A stretch of 64,000 bases of DNA from Candidatus Pacearchaeota archaeon (GTDB taxonomy: Archaea; Nanobdellota; Nanobdellia; Pacearchaeales; GW2011-AR1), in assembly GCA_018303845.1 (NCBI GenBank), contig JAGVXH010000004.1, positions 69,165 to 133,164 on the forward strand, read 5' to 3'. Shown piece after piece: positions 27,178 through 36,735 of the stretch; within the stretch, counting starts at the first letter, position 1; every line of letters begins with the position of its first letter. The notes below the pieces were generated by a model. The model was given only the letters and a program-made list of their open reading frames with translations, searched no databases and was not told the origin of the DNA. The translations under genes were made by a program, and so were the position numbers.

Positions 27178-29344
27178 TCGGCCTAATAATCATTGAACAT
27201 CCAGCCTCTTCATTCAAAAATTCATCCCGACATTTAATATAATAAGTATTCTTATTACTCCATTCCGCAACATGAACAGTCGTGTTCCCATAAGGCATCT
27301 CGGTCCCTTCAACAAAACTAAAGTCACAGTCATCTAAAGAATAACTACATTCACTATCCCGAATGGTTACAATCTTAAGCATACCACCTTCTTCATAAGC
27401 TCTAGCAATAACTGGTGCATCCGTATCAATATCAACCTCAAACTTTACAACATCCTTAACCAAATTCCCGCCTTCATCAACACACTTCACATAATAATTA
27501 TGCGTTCCTTCTACCAAGTCCAATCTCTGCGTGTGAATCCCATCTTCTTTATTCGTATCAAAGAACTGGATATAACCTTTGTCATCACTAGACCATTCAC
27601 AAACAGCCAGCCCATTATTACAGCCAAAATAAGTCTCAACGTAAAGCTCAATCGGAGCAGGACTAACTCCTCCAAACACCGTTCCATTAGGTTTCATATT
27701 CTTCAAAACAAGACCAGTGCTTCCCCTCAAACTAAACTCAAAACTCTGTGTCATCTCATTCCTGTCCTTCTCTTCCTTCCCTGGTTGATCCTTGCATCTC
27801 ACAAAATAACTAGCCCCGTCTCTCGGAATTCCAGTAAGCGTTCCCTTGCAAGCAAACAACTGCGCCGCATTAGCCTGATTGTAATTAGCGGCACAACTCA
27901 TAGAATTCTCCATTAAATCATAATCCTGATTTTGAAAACTCCACTTACAACTCGCAGGTTCATTCACATAAAATATAACTTCACTCTTGTCAATATTTTC
28001 AGCAACACAACCACCATTTGTAATCGAAGTAGCTTCAACTTTCGGAGGCGTCGTGTCAGGACTCGGGTCAACACAAAACTTTACAGCATATTCAGCCTCG
28101 TTAGTATTCCCATTCTTATCTTGGCATCTCAAATAAAACATCATATCCTTTCCATTCGTCAAAACAAAACCACTTCCTTGCAACTCACTAGCACCTGGCA
28201 AACTAAACGACTCACTATGGTTATAAGAATACAAATTACTCCCACCAAAATAAGCACTCATCTCATCATATGTCGTAGTATGGTTAAAATCAATCTTACA
28301 CTGTGCCGGCTCGTCAACGGTTATCCCAAATTCCAACGGACTAAATGCTTTCAAACAACCGTCTTTTGAAGCCACATTAACAATCTCAAATCCAGGCCCA
28401 GGCGGACTAGTCTTAACATTCTTGTAGCTATGTCCCTTCGTAAGTTCATCATAGTTCGGCTTAATAATAGGAGGATTAACATCCCGTGGATTAACATAGA
28501 CACATTTCTCTTCAATGGTTCCTTCGTTTACAATCTCACAACTTTGACCTAGCGATTTACATCTGTATTCAGAACAAGGAAGCGTCGCGTCGTTACAAGC
28601 CTCACAATTATCCCCACCAGTCGGAGCCTGCCACGGCATACAATTAAAAGTCACAATCTTTGTCTCACTAGTCTTATACATCATAACAAAAACTAGTGCC
28701 CCAATACCAAGTCCAGCCAAAGCAGGATTCGCTCCAAGCCAAGAAAGCTGTCCACCCGAAGCAAATATACCACCAGCTTCCGAACCAGCACCACTCATAT
28801 ACGTACTCAATATTTTATATGTTCCAAGTCCAGCAGCTAAACTCGTCCCTAATGCCTTTGAATTTCCCTCGCTCATTCCAAACATATTTCCAAGCATCGT
28901 CCCAGCAATATATGCAATCACCGCCCATTGCACACCAGAAGCAAGAGCACTAGCCCCACTTCCAGGAGTCATTTTAAATAAACCAGAAGCATAAGAATCA
29001 GGATGAGCACCAATCTCTCCCGTATATTCAAACATGCCCTTCGCCCCCAATCCACTACCGGTAGTTGGAGTATTAAGTCCAAAATTCGATTTACCTATCC
29101 AACTATCATAATCAGAAGAAGTATCTTTCATGATTTCCCATATCCCCTCCGAATTCACAATTTTAGTCGGCTCCCCCTCAACCATTAACAAATCTCCAGG
29201 TACACCATTTATAGCAGTCCCTTCATCAAGAAAAACAGCCCCACTAGCCACCCCCATCATAAAACAAATCCCAACAAATCCAAAAACCAACAACCAAACC
29301 TGCAACCCCGCCATTCCTTTCTTCCCAAAATCACCTACTCTCAT
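27161..29344 (-). CDS. Giant surface protein, C-terminal-half type: signal anchor, glycine-zipper membrane segment, Cys-rich module and four Ig-like repeats
   Basis: It is homologous to residues of about 600-1273 of the 1273-aa protein (DSWIGKSNFGLNTP vs ESWIAKLSIFATP; CMPWQAPTGGDNCEACND vs CKPWQAPVGGNDCEECND). Four repeats share the pattern C(K/E/S)(I/W/Y)..., Y(Y/F)(L/V/I)(R/K)C.D..GN. Confidence 0.6.
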   Translation of the reverse strand: MRVGDFGKKGMAGLQVWLLVFGFVGICFMMGVASGAVFLDEGTAINGVPGDLLMVEGEPTKIVNSEGIWEIMKDTSSDYDSWIGKSNFGLNTPTTGSGLGAKGMFEYTGEIGAHPDSYASGLFKMTPGSGASALASGVQWAVIAYIAGTMLGNMFGMSEGNSKALGTSLAAGLGTYKILSTYMSGAGSEAGGIFASGGQLSWLGANPALAGLGIGALVFVMMYKTSETKIVTFNCMPWQAPTGGDNCEACNDATLPCSEYRCKSLGQSCEIVNEGTIEEKCVYVNPRDVNPPIIKPNYDELTKGHSYKNVKTSPPGPGFEIVNVASKDGCLKAFSPLEFGITVDEPAQCKIDFNHTTTYDEMSAYFGGSNLYSYNHSESFSLPGASELQGSGFVLTNGKDMMFYLRCQDKNGNTNEAEYAVKFCVDPSPDTTPPKVEATSITNGGCVAENIDKSEVIFYVNEPASCKWSFQNQDYDLMENSMSCAANYNQANAAQLFACKGTLTGIPRDGASYFVRCKDQPGKEEKDRNEMTQSFEFSLRGSTGLVLKNMKPNGTVFGGVSPAPIELYVETYFGCNNGLAVCEWSSDDKGYIQFFDTNKEDGIHTQRLDLVEGTHNYYVKCVDEGGNLVKDVVKFEVDIDTDAPVIARAYEEGGMLKIVTIRDSECSYSLDDCDFSFVEGTEMPYGNTTVHVAEWSNKNTYYIKCRDEFLNEEAGCSMIIRPTENFL

Positions 29345-29694
29345 ATTAAATCCCCCTTCCCCAACTCGTTTTTTAATTTCCTAAAAACTTTTTTTAAGGA
29401 CGGCAACTCCCTAACTGCTTCCGCGTAAAGCCTCTGGCTATTGGTTAGGCTATAAGCATGAACGAGAAAATGCCGGTTATCGACCAGCCCCTTCCAATTA
29501 ATTTCCTTATTTTTTAATTTTGTCTCTTTAGATATTTTAGCGGCGTTCTCCCCTATCTCTTCAAATCTCTTACTGACAGCATCGACCAAAAGAGAATTCT
29601 TCCTAAAGTCATCTAAGCTCACTCCACTCAGGTACTTTTCAATAAGAAGAATAGACTTCAATATATTATCAACATAAATCAAATCTCTTTTCAT
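29341..29694 (-). CDS. HEPN domain protein (DUF86-type toxin of the HEPN-MNT pair)
   Basis: The R-x4-H motif is present in LVDNRHFLVHAY. It has ATGA overlaps with both neighbours. Confidence 0.75.
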   Translation of the reverse strand: MKRDLIYVDNILKSILLIEKYLSGVSLDDFRKNSLLVDAVSKRFEEIGENAAKISKETKLKNKEINWKGLVDNRHFLVHAYSLTNSQRLYAEAVRELPSLKKVFRKLKNELGKGDLI

Positions 29695-29981
29695 ATTATT
29701 CTCACCTCTTCGTCTAAAACCTGTTTTCTAATCAAAGGATGGATGCAACCATATTCTACCAAATCAACCTTTCTTTTCAAATACCCCTCAATCATCCCTT
29801 TGATCCCAACTAATTCACTCAAGCTCAAATCACTATCTACCTCAATTAAAATATCTACATCACTTCCACGCCTCTCCGCGCTCTTGGAATAACTTCCAAA
29901 TAAGCCAATTTTCTTTACCCCAGATTTCTCCAACATTTTCTGTTTACTACGAATTATCTCAATTATGTTTTTTCTATTCAT
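29691..29981 (-). CDS. Minimal nucleotidyltransferase (MNT antitoxin of the HEPN-MNT pair)
   Basis: The GLFGSYSKSAERRGSDVDILIE pol-beta NTase motif (GS...DxD). Confidence 0.75.
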   Translation of the reverse strand: MNRKNIIEIIRSKQKMLEKSGVKKIGLFGSYSKSAERRGSDVDILIEVDSDLSLSELVGIKGMIEGYLKRKVDLVEYGCIHPLIRKQVLDEEVRII

Positions 29982-31774
29982 TGTAACCTCCTCTTCGCCC
30001 CGTCAACCACCCACTTATATCCATCATCCGTATAAGCCCCGTCATAATTAACAGCTCCACCACAATCTCCAAGAGCAGTACAAACACCATTGGCACTCTC
30101 AGCCCAAGCGTCCTCCATGCATTCAGCCCCCTCAACAATCTTACTTCCTCCAATCAACCCCTTCTCATAAACAACAACACACTTCGCATTCGCCTGCCCA
30201 CAAATCTGCTTAGCACTTCCCTCTTCCCAAAACTTTAAACCAGGAGAAAAATTCGGAACACAAATTCCATCAGGTCGGTTAGTAGTAGTCGTAGGAGCTA
30301 CCTCTTCGGCTTTATCATCCCCTCCAAAAATAGAGTTCCCAGTTATCGGTGCAACAACACTTCCAGTAGGATTCGTAAAAGCAGGAGTATTTGTTGTAGT
30401 AGGATTCGTAAAAGTAGAAGCACTCGCACTAGGATTGGAATAAGTTGCAGAATCACTTTGAGTTGCCCCTCCCAAAACCATCCCTAAAACCGAAGGCATC
30501 CACTTACAATCTCGCCTATCAATATTCAAACAATCATCCTTATCAGTTTGCATAACGCACTCCTGCCACCGATTAACTCGACAAGCCGCAGTCCCAAACT
30601 TTCCACCAGTCGTATCAATTGACCCCTCCAAACAAACCTCATTCCTATAATCCGCACAAGGCTCAACCCGAACTTCCCCATCCGAACAAACTTCCCGATA
30701 ATATCTCGCCCCAGGCGCAATTTCCAAACTACCAGGCCCCCCAACCCCCGAACCACCCATGGAAGCACCGCTTCCAGCGACACACCAAGACTCCCCATTA
30801 ATCCGCTTGTCTCCATCTCTATCAACACATTCAGTCTTCTGACAATAATTGTCGCTCCCAGAAGGTCCCCCGATCAAACCCTCAAACTCCGAGCACCGAG
30901 TTCCAAGCATATAATCACAATTCCCACAATTCATATTACTTCCATCATTTGCCTTACAAACCTCATCACTTTCCAAAACTCGCCCCCTATTCCAACTCTT
31001 CACCTTATCACTTGAATAAACATTTTCCAAATTTCCACAAGAGTCAACCCAAAAAACATCACCCCCAGAACAAGTCGTACTCGTCTGCTTAGCACAAGAA
31101 GTCCCAAGCTCTTCAGCCGAACAAAGATAGTCCTTGTAAAAAGTTTTATCACTACTAATACTAAGATTGGTCTGATTCAAAATTTCAACCTTCTCACTAG
31201 CCCCACATTCTCCCCTTGTCGTAAATTCACAAAGTCTTTCAAACTCTTTCTCATAAACACAAGCCCCTTTGTCTTGTGCCTGAGCCTCAGCAATACAATC
31301 AACCTCATTTGTAACATCAGTCCTATAATCATTTTCAACACCAAACAAACTCGATAATCTCTTACATCTAACTAAAGAAACAAACGCAGCTTGGTCCGCA
31401 ATTACACAACATCCCAACTGACACTGTGGTACCTCATCAGGTTCTCTTGGGTCCCAAGTCCCACCATTATCATTACAAACCCTCTGCGGCGTATTTCCCA
31501 TACAAATTCCTTCACCAGAATCATAACAAGTTCCAAGTCGACAATACGAAGTAGTCTGGCAAGAAGTCGGAGCAGAATTATAACCAGCAGCACAAGCCGA
31601 TTGTTTATCATTAACACACCAAGCCCCGCCAGTAGTTTTCTCGCAACAATAACTTACTTCACTAGTAGCTGCCATCCCAAACCCTATAAGTAAAATAACA
31701 AAGCTGAGCAAGCATCCAAACCCCCAAACCCCCAAACCCCCAAACCCCCATTTATGAAAATTTTCAATTTTCAT
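29978..31774 (-). CDS. Giant surface protein, N-terminal-half type: G-repeat-encoded leader, signal peptide and Cys-rich ectodomain
   Basis: It is homologous to residues of about 70-595 of the 1273-aa protein (VFWVDSCGNLENVYSS vs VYFVDSCGNVGNIYDSS; INGESWCV vs DNGESWCV; VEPCADYRNEVC vs IEPCADYRNQIC; LGDCGGAVNY vs LGDCGGSVNI). Confidence 0.6.
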   Translation of the reverse strand: MKIENFHKWGFGGLGVWGFGCLLSFVILLIGFGMAATSEVSYCCEKTTGGAWCVNDKQSACAAGYNSAPTSCQTTSYCRLGTCYDSGEGICMGNTPQRVCNDNGGTWDPREPDEVPQCQLGCCVIADQAAFVSLVRCKRLSSLFGVENDYRTDVTNEVDCIAEAQAQDKGACVYEKEFERLCEFTTRGECGASEKVEILNQTNLSISSDKTFYKDYLCSAEELGTSCAKQTSTTCSGGDVFWVDSCGNLENVYSSDKVKSWNRGRVLESDEVCKANDGSNMNCGNCDYMLGTRCSEFEGLIGGPSGSDNYCQKTECVDRDGDKRINGESWCVAGSGASMGGSGVGGPGSLEIAPGARYYREVCSDGEVRVEPCADYRNEVCLEGSIDTTGGKFGTAACRVNRWQECVMQTDKDDCLNIDRRDCKWMPSVLGMVLGGATQSDSATYSNPSASASTFTNPTTTNTPAFTNPTGSVVAPITGNSIFGGDDKAEEVAPTTTTNRPDGICVPNFSPGLKFWEEGSAKQICGQANAKCVVVYEKGLIGGSKIVEGAECMEDAWAESANGVCTALGDCGGAVNYDGAYTDDGYKWVVDGAKRRLQ

Positions 31775-31777
31775 AAA
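31716..31777 (-). repeat. (C5A3)4 array (31716-31749) plus 12-bp perfect palindrome (31751-31777) enclosing the TGA/ATG junction
   Basis: TTTATGAAAATT-ttc-AATTTTCATAAA. The array lies inside the 598-aa ORF and encodes WGFGGLGVWGFG. Confidence 0.85.
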
Positions 31778-32520
31778 TCATATCCCGCCGGGAACACTAA
31801 ACTCCGACTCGCAAATTTAAATTTATCACCAAACACTTTATTCTCCAAAACATAAACCGTAGTCCCTTCGCCCCTCTTTGTCTTCTCGATATAATAATCA
31901 GGATAATAAAGCATCATGGCTGAAACATCGCTATCCCCATACTTAGTCTCAAACTGCAAAATAGAAGTCGCAATCATCACAGTTTCATAAGCCGGAGAGT
32001 TAACCTTAACATTAAACCGAGCAAATCTGCTAGTCCCAACCGAAGTCGGAGCATCAATTTCTAGTCGAACAACTCCAGGCTCAATTTCTACATTATAATT
32101 AACCGCGCCACTAACAACTTCATATCCCTGATCCTTCAAAGAATTCAAACTAGCCTCATAACAAGCATCAACCTCTTCCCGAATCAAAACCTCCAGATTC
32201 TCATCAAACACATTCTTCAAAAACGGAACCTGTACAGTACAAGTCTCATAAAAATTATTAGTATAACAAAGATAAGTCAACTCCTCACCCTGATAAGTAT
32301 AGGTGAAATCAGCATCAATAAAACCAGCCTTTCCCTCAAGTTCACTAATCCCATTTTCCATCGCATCGGCAACACAGCCTTCAAATCCCTTTACCCCACT
32401 ACCTTCACTCAAAAATGTCGGTCTAGCCCAAAGAAAAAAAATCAAAATAGCCGAAACTATTAAAATCCCAATCAAAATAAAAATCGTAACCTGCCCCTTT
32501 TTCTCCATCAAATTCTTCAT
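31771..32520 (-). CDS. Archaeal type IV pilin-like protein (paralogue of 36881-37645)
   Basis: MKNLMEKKGQVTIFILIGILIVSAILIFFLW. The C-terminus FKFASRSLVFPAGYDL compares with FKFAVRSCAFAPGI in the paralogue. The ATG at 32520 lies 25 nt downstream of TATA-like atttataaaa (32541-32550). Confidence 0.6.
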   Translation of the reverse strand: MKNLMEKKGQVTIFILIGILIVSAILIFFLWARPTFLSEGSGVKGFEGCVADAMENGISELEGKAGFIDADFTYTYQGEELTYLCYTNNFYETCTVQVPFLKNVFDENLEVLIREEVDACYEASLNSLKDQGYEVVSGAVNYNVEIEPGVVRLEIDAPTSVGTSRFARFNVKVNSPAYETVMIATSILQFETKYGDSDVSAMMLYYPDYYIEKTKRGEGTTVYVLENKVFGDKFKFASRSLVFPAGYDL

Positions 32521-32540
32521 GTCAGTCCAAGCCTTTCCAT

Positions 32541-32550
32541 ATTTATAAAA
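32541..32550 (-). promoter_or_regulatory. Internal TATA-like box between the giant gene and the pilin-like gene
   Basis: Reads TTTTATAAAT on the gene strand, about 25 nt upstream of the ATG at 32520. Confidence 0.4.
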
Positions 32551-32557
32551 TCTCTCA

Positions 32558-35500
32558 TCATATAGCAACTATTTCCGCCAAACATCTGCTCGGCAAATTT
32601 CCATATTTATCTTCACACTGAATAAAATATTTTTTCCCATAATCAACCGAAAACGAAAGTGCATCCCCCTCTCCAATACTAACTCCATCTTCCCAATCAA
32701 ATTTACAGCCAGTAAAAGAATACCGACATTCTCCAGCTCCATTCAAAAGTAAATTCATTCTTCCCTGTTCTTCCCATATCCTAGTAATCGTAATAATAGA
32801 ACTAATTCCCTCTTCCCCTTCCTCTTCCCCTTCCTCTTCCCCCCCTTGCACATTAAAGTCCCCCTGAACAACTCGGAATTCAGTCAAACCACGAGCAACG
32901 TCTCCATTTTCATCGGAACATTCAACATAAATTTTCTTCGCCCCAGTTCCAACATTCAAAGTCTGAACATGTGTCCGCGCATCCCCAGTTTCAAACATTT
33001 CAATCATACTTCCATAACCACTAAACGAATAAGAACAAAAATGATTTACCCCTCCGCCACTAGTCGCAACTTTCAAATCGATAGTCGTAAAATCAGTATT
33101 AATTTCAATGATATTATCTGGTTTAATCTTGTCAATTGAAATCTTCGAACTAGGTTTTACCAAATTAAAAACAAAACTTTGCGCATTCGCATTTCGTTTA
33201 CTCGTATCATTTTCCCAAGGTTGGTCCATACATCTAACATAATAATTATTACTAGAATTCCCGATTGCAAAAACCCCATTGCAAACATATCCCAAAGCAT
33301 TAGACGGCGCACCCAAGGAATCCCCACACACCATATCATTTCCCATTTCGGAATAATCAACATCCCGCAAATCCCATTTACAAGTCGCAAGTTCATTTGT
33401 CACAATCATCACATCTTTACTCGTCACATCAAAACCAACATTTCCTATTCCTTCACTCGCAACAATTTTAGGCGCAGTAACATCTTCACCTTCAATAACA
33501 CAAGTTTTAATCTCATAAATTCCAGGACTCTCCAGCCCATATCTGTCCCGACATTTAACATACAAACTTAAATCTCCAGTCCAATTCGAACCTTGACTTT
33601 GTCCATGACTAGGGTCAGGCAAATTAAAAACAGCAGTATGATTATACAAATAGCTATTCCCACCTAAACTAAAAACCATGTCATCAAAATCTTTCACGGC
33701 AACATCAAACTTACATTGTGCAGGTTCACTTGTAACAATCCCAATCGGCAATGGGGTATAGGCCAGAACACAACCACCCCTATCATTGACAATACTAAAT
33801 CCATTTTCCCCATCCTCATAGTCTCCACCTTCAAAGTCAATCCCAGTCTGTCGATGAATAATCGGAGGCGTCGCATCCCCAGGATTCCCATCTACACAAA
33901 GTTCATCCCCGCTTCCTTCATTAATCAACTCACATCCCGCCCCCAAACTCTCGCATCTATATCTCGAACAAGGCTTCAACGGATCATCATTGCACTCCTC
34001 ACAATCATTCCCTCCAACTGGAGCCTGCCATGGCTTACACTCAAAATCAACTTCAATTGGTGGGCATTTGCTTCTCCCGAAGAATAAAGAAATAACGATT
34101 AAAGCAACTCCAACCCAAAACAGAGGAGTCGCAAGCATTACAGTCATAGTAGGACTTAGCATATAAGCCGCTCCAATCGCCGCTCCACCAAGTCCCATCA
34201 ACATACTACCTCCTTCACTAAGCCCCAAATATTGCCCCAGCATTTGACCAACAACAAATCCAATTCCAGCACCAATCATTGCTCCAGAATAAGGCCCAAT
34301 AACTTTTATGAAACTTTCCGGAAGAATCTTGTCGAAAGGAATAAAATTACGAGCCATTGAAAAAATTGCTCCTTTCATATCTGGGTTAGCAGCTCCAATC
34401 GCTAGACCAAGTCCAGCAACACCAACTCCTATACTAGTGAAATCAAAACTCTTTTCTTCTTCCCCGCCAACCGTAGGCGTAACCGCCCCGCCCCAGACGC
34501 CAGCAGCCGCCAAATACTCTGAATAGTCTTCAACTTCAGCAAACTGTCCAGGAACCGGAGTGGCAAATATAGACAATTTCGCAATCCAACTCTCACTTAA
34601 GCCCGGGGAATTTCGAATAATATAATTCCCAGACCATTCCCCAACAATATTAACCGAACCACCGCAATCCCCAAGTCCTCGACAAAAATCATTCATTTCC
34701 TGTCCAAATGTTTCACTTAAACAATTTTGATTCGCAACATATCTACATCCACCCCATTTCTTCGAAGCTCGAACAACAGTACAAGTCTGACTTGCCATTC
34801 CACAAAGTCTCTCTGCAGTAGTTTGGTATCTAGCATCATTTAAAGCAAAGCCTCCAGGATACTTTGGCAAACAAACATCAAATGTAAACTTGTCAGCAAT
34901 TGCAACTTTTTCAACTCGACAATTCAAAGTCGCACTACACTTGTCAACCATTCGCACTTTCTTGTCACTAGCACAATCACTAGCCGCCAAATTAAGACAA
35001 TTTATTTTATCGGCATTACTAGGATAAAGAGTATAATTCCCACAAAGTTTAGTCCGACTCTCAGTACACGCTTTTTTCTCAGCTTCAGTCCGAACCTCAT
35101 CAGCATCCTCACTATTCAAGTTAATACATTCTCGCCAATTATTCGCAATACAAGCAGCATTGTCAAATTCAACCTTCTTCCCATCAACTTCAAATTCTTT
35201 TGACTGAACACAAATTTGATTTCGATAATCGGCACAGGGCTCTATCTGCACAACTCCTTGAGAACAAACATACTTCCAATGCCGACTCCCAACAACATCG
35301 TTCCCATTCCCAATCGCCCCGTCGTAAACACACCAAGATTCTCCATTATCGTATTTCACCCCATCAAACATACAACTCGTATCCCGACAATAAAAACTTC
35401 CAACCTCAACCTTGAAATTATCCTCACTAGCAGAAGCGCAAATTCCACCAGCGAACCTATTGCAATTCCCACAACTAGGGCTATCCCCATTCCCTTCTCC

Positions 35501-36379
35501 TGCCCCACAAGAATCATTGTACTGAACAACAGAGTCCCAATAGCTCACATCCTCAACCCTAGAAGAATCATAAATATTCCCAACATTCCCGCATGAGTCA
35601 ACAAAATAAACCCCATCTTTCCCATCGACACATTTCGTCTGCTTAGTCATCTTGCAACTTGTATTAAGGGAAGGATTAGTGCAAAGAGATCCTTCAGCGA
35701 AATCTCCCCCGTAAGAAAAACATTCAGCTTCACTCACGAATTTACATTCTCCTTCCCTGATAACACAAGCCCCCTCTTTTTGTTCAGCAGCTAAAAACAG
35801 ACAAGCCCCCTCATCAACCCCAGTTCTCCAATCAACAATATCATCGTCCCCCATTGCGAAAACCAAACTATCAACCTCACATTGTCCTTCTGTCTCAAAA
35901 ATAGTTTTACTCCCCAAAACACAACATCCAAGTCGAGCCCCGGGCAAATTACAATTCGGATCCTTAACCCATTTTGCAGGACAAGCAAATTTCAAAACAT
36001 TCTTATCATAAGTTCCACTCTTGTCATCATAACAACAACCTTTCTCACAAAATGAAGTCGCAGCACAAAGCGCACCCTCGGCAAATGGCGAATCACTTAT
36101 GCAATTCTCCGGACTCGTAGTCCCACAAACTTGCCCTTCATTACTAGCAAAACAACATCCAGCACCTTCACTATTCATTGAAATAGGGTAATTCTTCCAT
36201 GTCTGATTTTCAGTCAATTTTCCACCCCCCATTTTATCAAGAAAATCCTTAATGGTCATCTTCTCTTTTTCTGCCCCAGAAACTAAACTAACTTCTTCAA
36301 ACCCAACAAAATAACAAAACGAAAAAAGCATCCCAATCATCAAAATCATCTCAAATCCAGCAGTAATTTTCCTATTCAT
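32558..36379 (-). CDS. Giant (1273 aa) Cys-rich surface protein: signal peptide, Cys-rich ectodomain, glycine-zipper membrane segment, Cys-rich module and four Ig-like repeats
   Basis: Uninterrupted ORF colinear with the 598-aa and 727-aa proteins. The central segment GAMIGAGIGFVVGQMLGQYLGLSEGGSMLMGLGGAAIGAAYML is followed by LFWVGVALIVISLFF. Confidence 0.65.
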   Translation of the reverse strand: MNRKITAGFEMILMIGMLFSFCYFVGFEEVSLVSGAEKEKMTIKDFLDKMGGGKLTENQTWKNYPISMNSEGAGCCFASNEGQVCGTTSPENCISDSPFAEGALCAATSFCEKGCCYDDKSGTYDKNVLKFACPAKWVKDPNCNLPGARLGCCVLGSKTIFETEGQCEVDSLVFAMGDDDIVDWRTGVDEGACLFLAAEQKEGACVIREGECKFVSEAECFSYGGDFAEGSLCTNPSLNTSCKMTKQTKCVDGKDGVYFVDSCGNVGNIYDSSRVEDVSYWDSVVQYNDSCGAGEGNGDSPSCGNCNRFAGGICASASEDNFKVEVGSFYCRDTSCMFDGVKYDNGESWCVYDGAIGNGNDVVGSRHWKYVCSQGVVQIEPCADYRNQICVQSKEFEVDGKKVEFDNAACIANNWRECINLNSEDADEVRTEAEKKACTESRTKLCGNYTLYPSNADKINCLNLAASDCASDKKVRMVDKCSATLNCRVEKVAIADKFTFDVCLPKYPGGFALNDARYQTTAERLCGMASQTCTVVRASKKWGGCRYVANQNCLSETFGQEMNDFCRGLGDCGGSVNIVGEWSGNYIIRNSPGLSESWIAKLSIFATPVPGQFAEVEDYSEYLAAAGVWGGAVTPTVGGEEEKSFDFTSIGVGVAGLGLAIGAANPDMKGAIFSMARNFIPFDKILPESFIKVIGPYSGAMIGAGIGFVVGQMLGQYLGLSEGGSMLMGLGGAAIGAAYMLSPTMTVMLATPLFWVGVALIVISLFFGRSKCPPIEVDFECKPWQAPVGGNDCEECNDDPLKPCSRYRCESLGAGCELINEGSGDELCVDGNPGDATPPIIHRQTGIDFEGGDYEDGENGFSIVNDRGGCVLAYTPLPIGIVTSEPAQCKFDVAVKDFDDMVFSLGGNSYLYNHTAVFNLPDPSHGQSQGSNWTGDLSLYVKCRDRYGLESPGIYEIKTCVIEGEDVTAPKIVASEGIGNVGFDVTSKDVMIVTNELATCKWDLRDVDYSEMGNDMVCGDSLGAPSNALGYVCNGVFAIGNSSNNYYVRCMDQPWENDTSKRNANAQSFVFNLVKPSSKISIDKIKPDNIIEINTDFTTIDLKVATSGGGVNHFCSYSFSGYGSMIEMFETGDARTHVQTLNVGTGAKKIYVECSDENGDVARGLTEFRVVQGDFNVQGGEEEGEEEGEEGISSIITITRIWEEQGRMNLLLNGAGECRYSFTGCKFDWEDGVSIGEGDALSFSVDYGKKYFIQCEDKYGNLPSRCLAEIVAI

Positions 36380-36735
36380 TTCCTTTCCTCTAAATATTTA
36401 ATATAAGCCCAAATCTTCTTACTAGCTTCATCAAGCTTCTTCATAACCAAATCAAATTTCATTTCATCAACATACTCAATATCCGAAGAAATATAAAATT
36501 GTGTTTCTAACTCCCGAACACTTCCAAGAGAAATTCTCAAAAACTGAACAAATTCTTTCACCGAATCTCTTCCACATCCTTCCGCAATATTAGAAGGAAT
36601 GCTAACCGCAGCTCTTCTCATTTGAGAGGTAATCCCATAAAGCTCATCCTTAGGAAATCCCTTAGTAATAATATAAACTTCTTTAGCAACTTCTCTTCCG
36701 ATATTCCAAATCTGAAGTTTCCTATAATCTCTCAT
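36376..36735 (-). CDS. Four-helix-bundle protein of the 23S rRNA-intervening-sequence / Avd family
   Basis: YKKLxVW-like N-terminus (YRKLQIWNIGREVAKEVY), SQMRRAAVSIPSNIAEGCGR and GSVRELETQ motifs. ATGA overlaps at both ends. Confidence 0.75.
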   Translation of the reverse strand: MRDYRKLQIWNIGREVAKEVYIITKGFPKDELYGITSQMRRAAVSIPSNIAEGCGRDSVKEFVQFLRISLGSVRELETQFYISSDIEYVDEMKFDLVMKKLDEASKKIWAYIKYLEERK

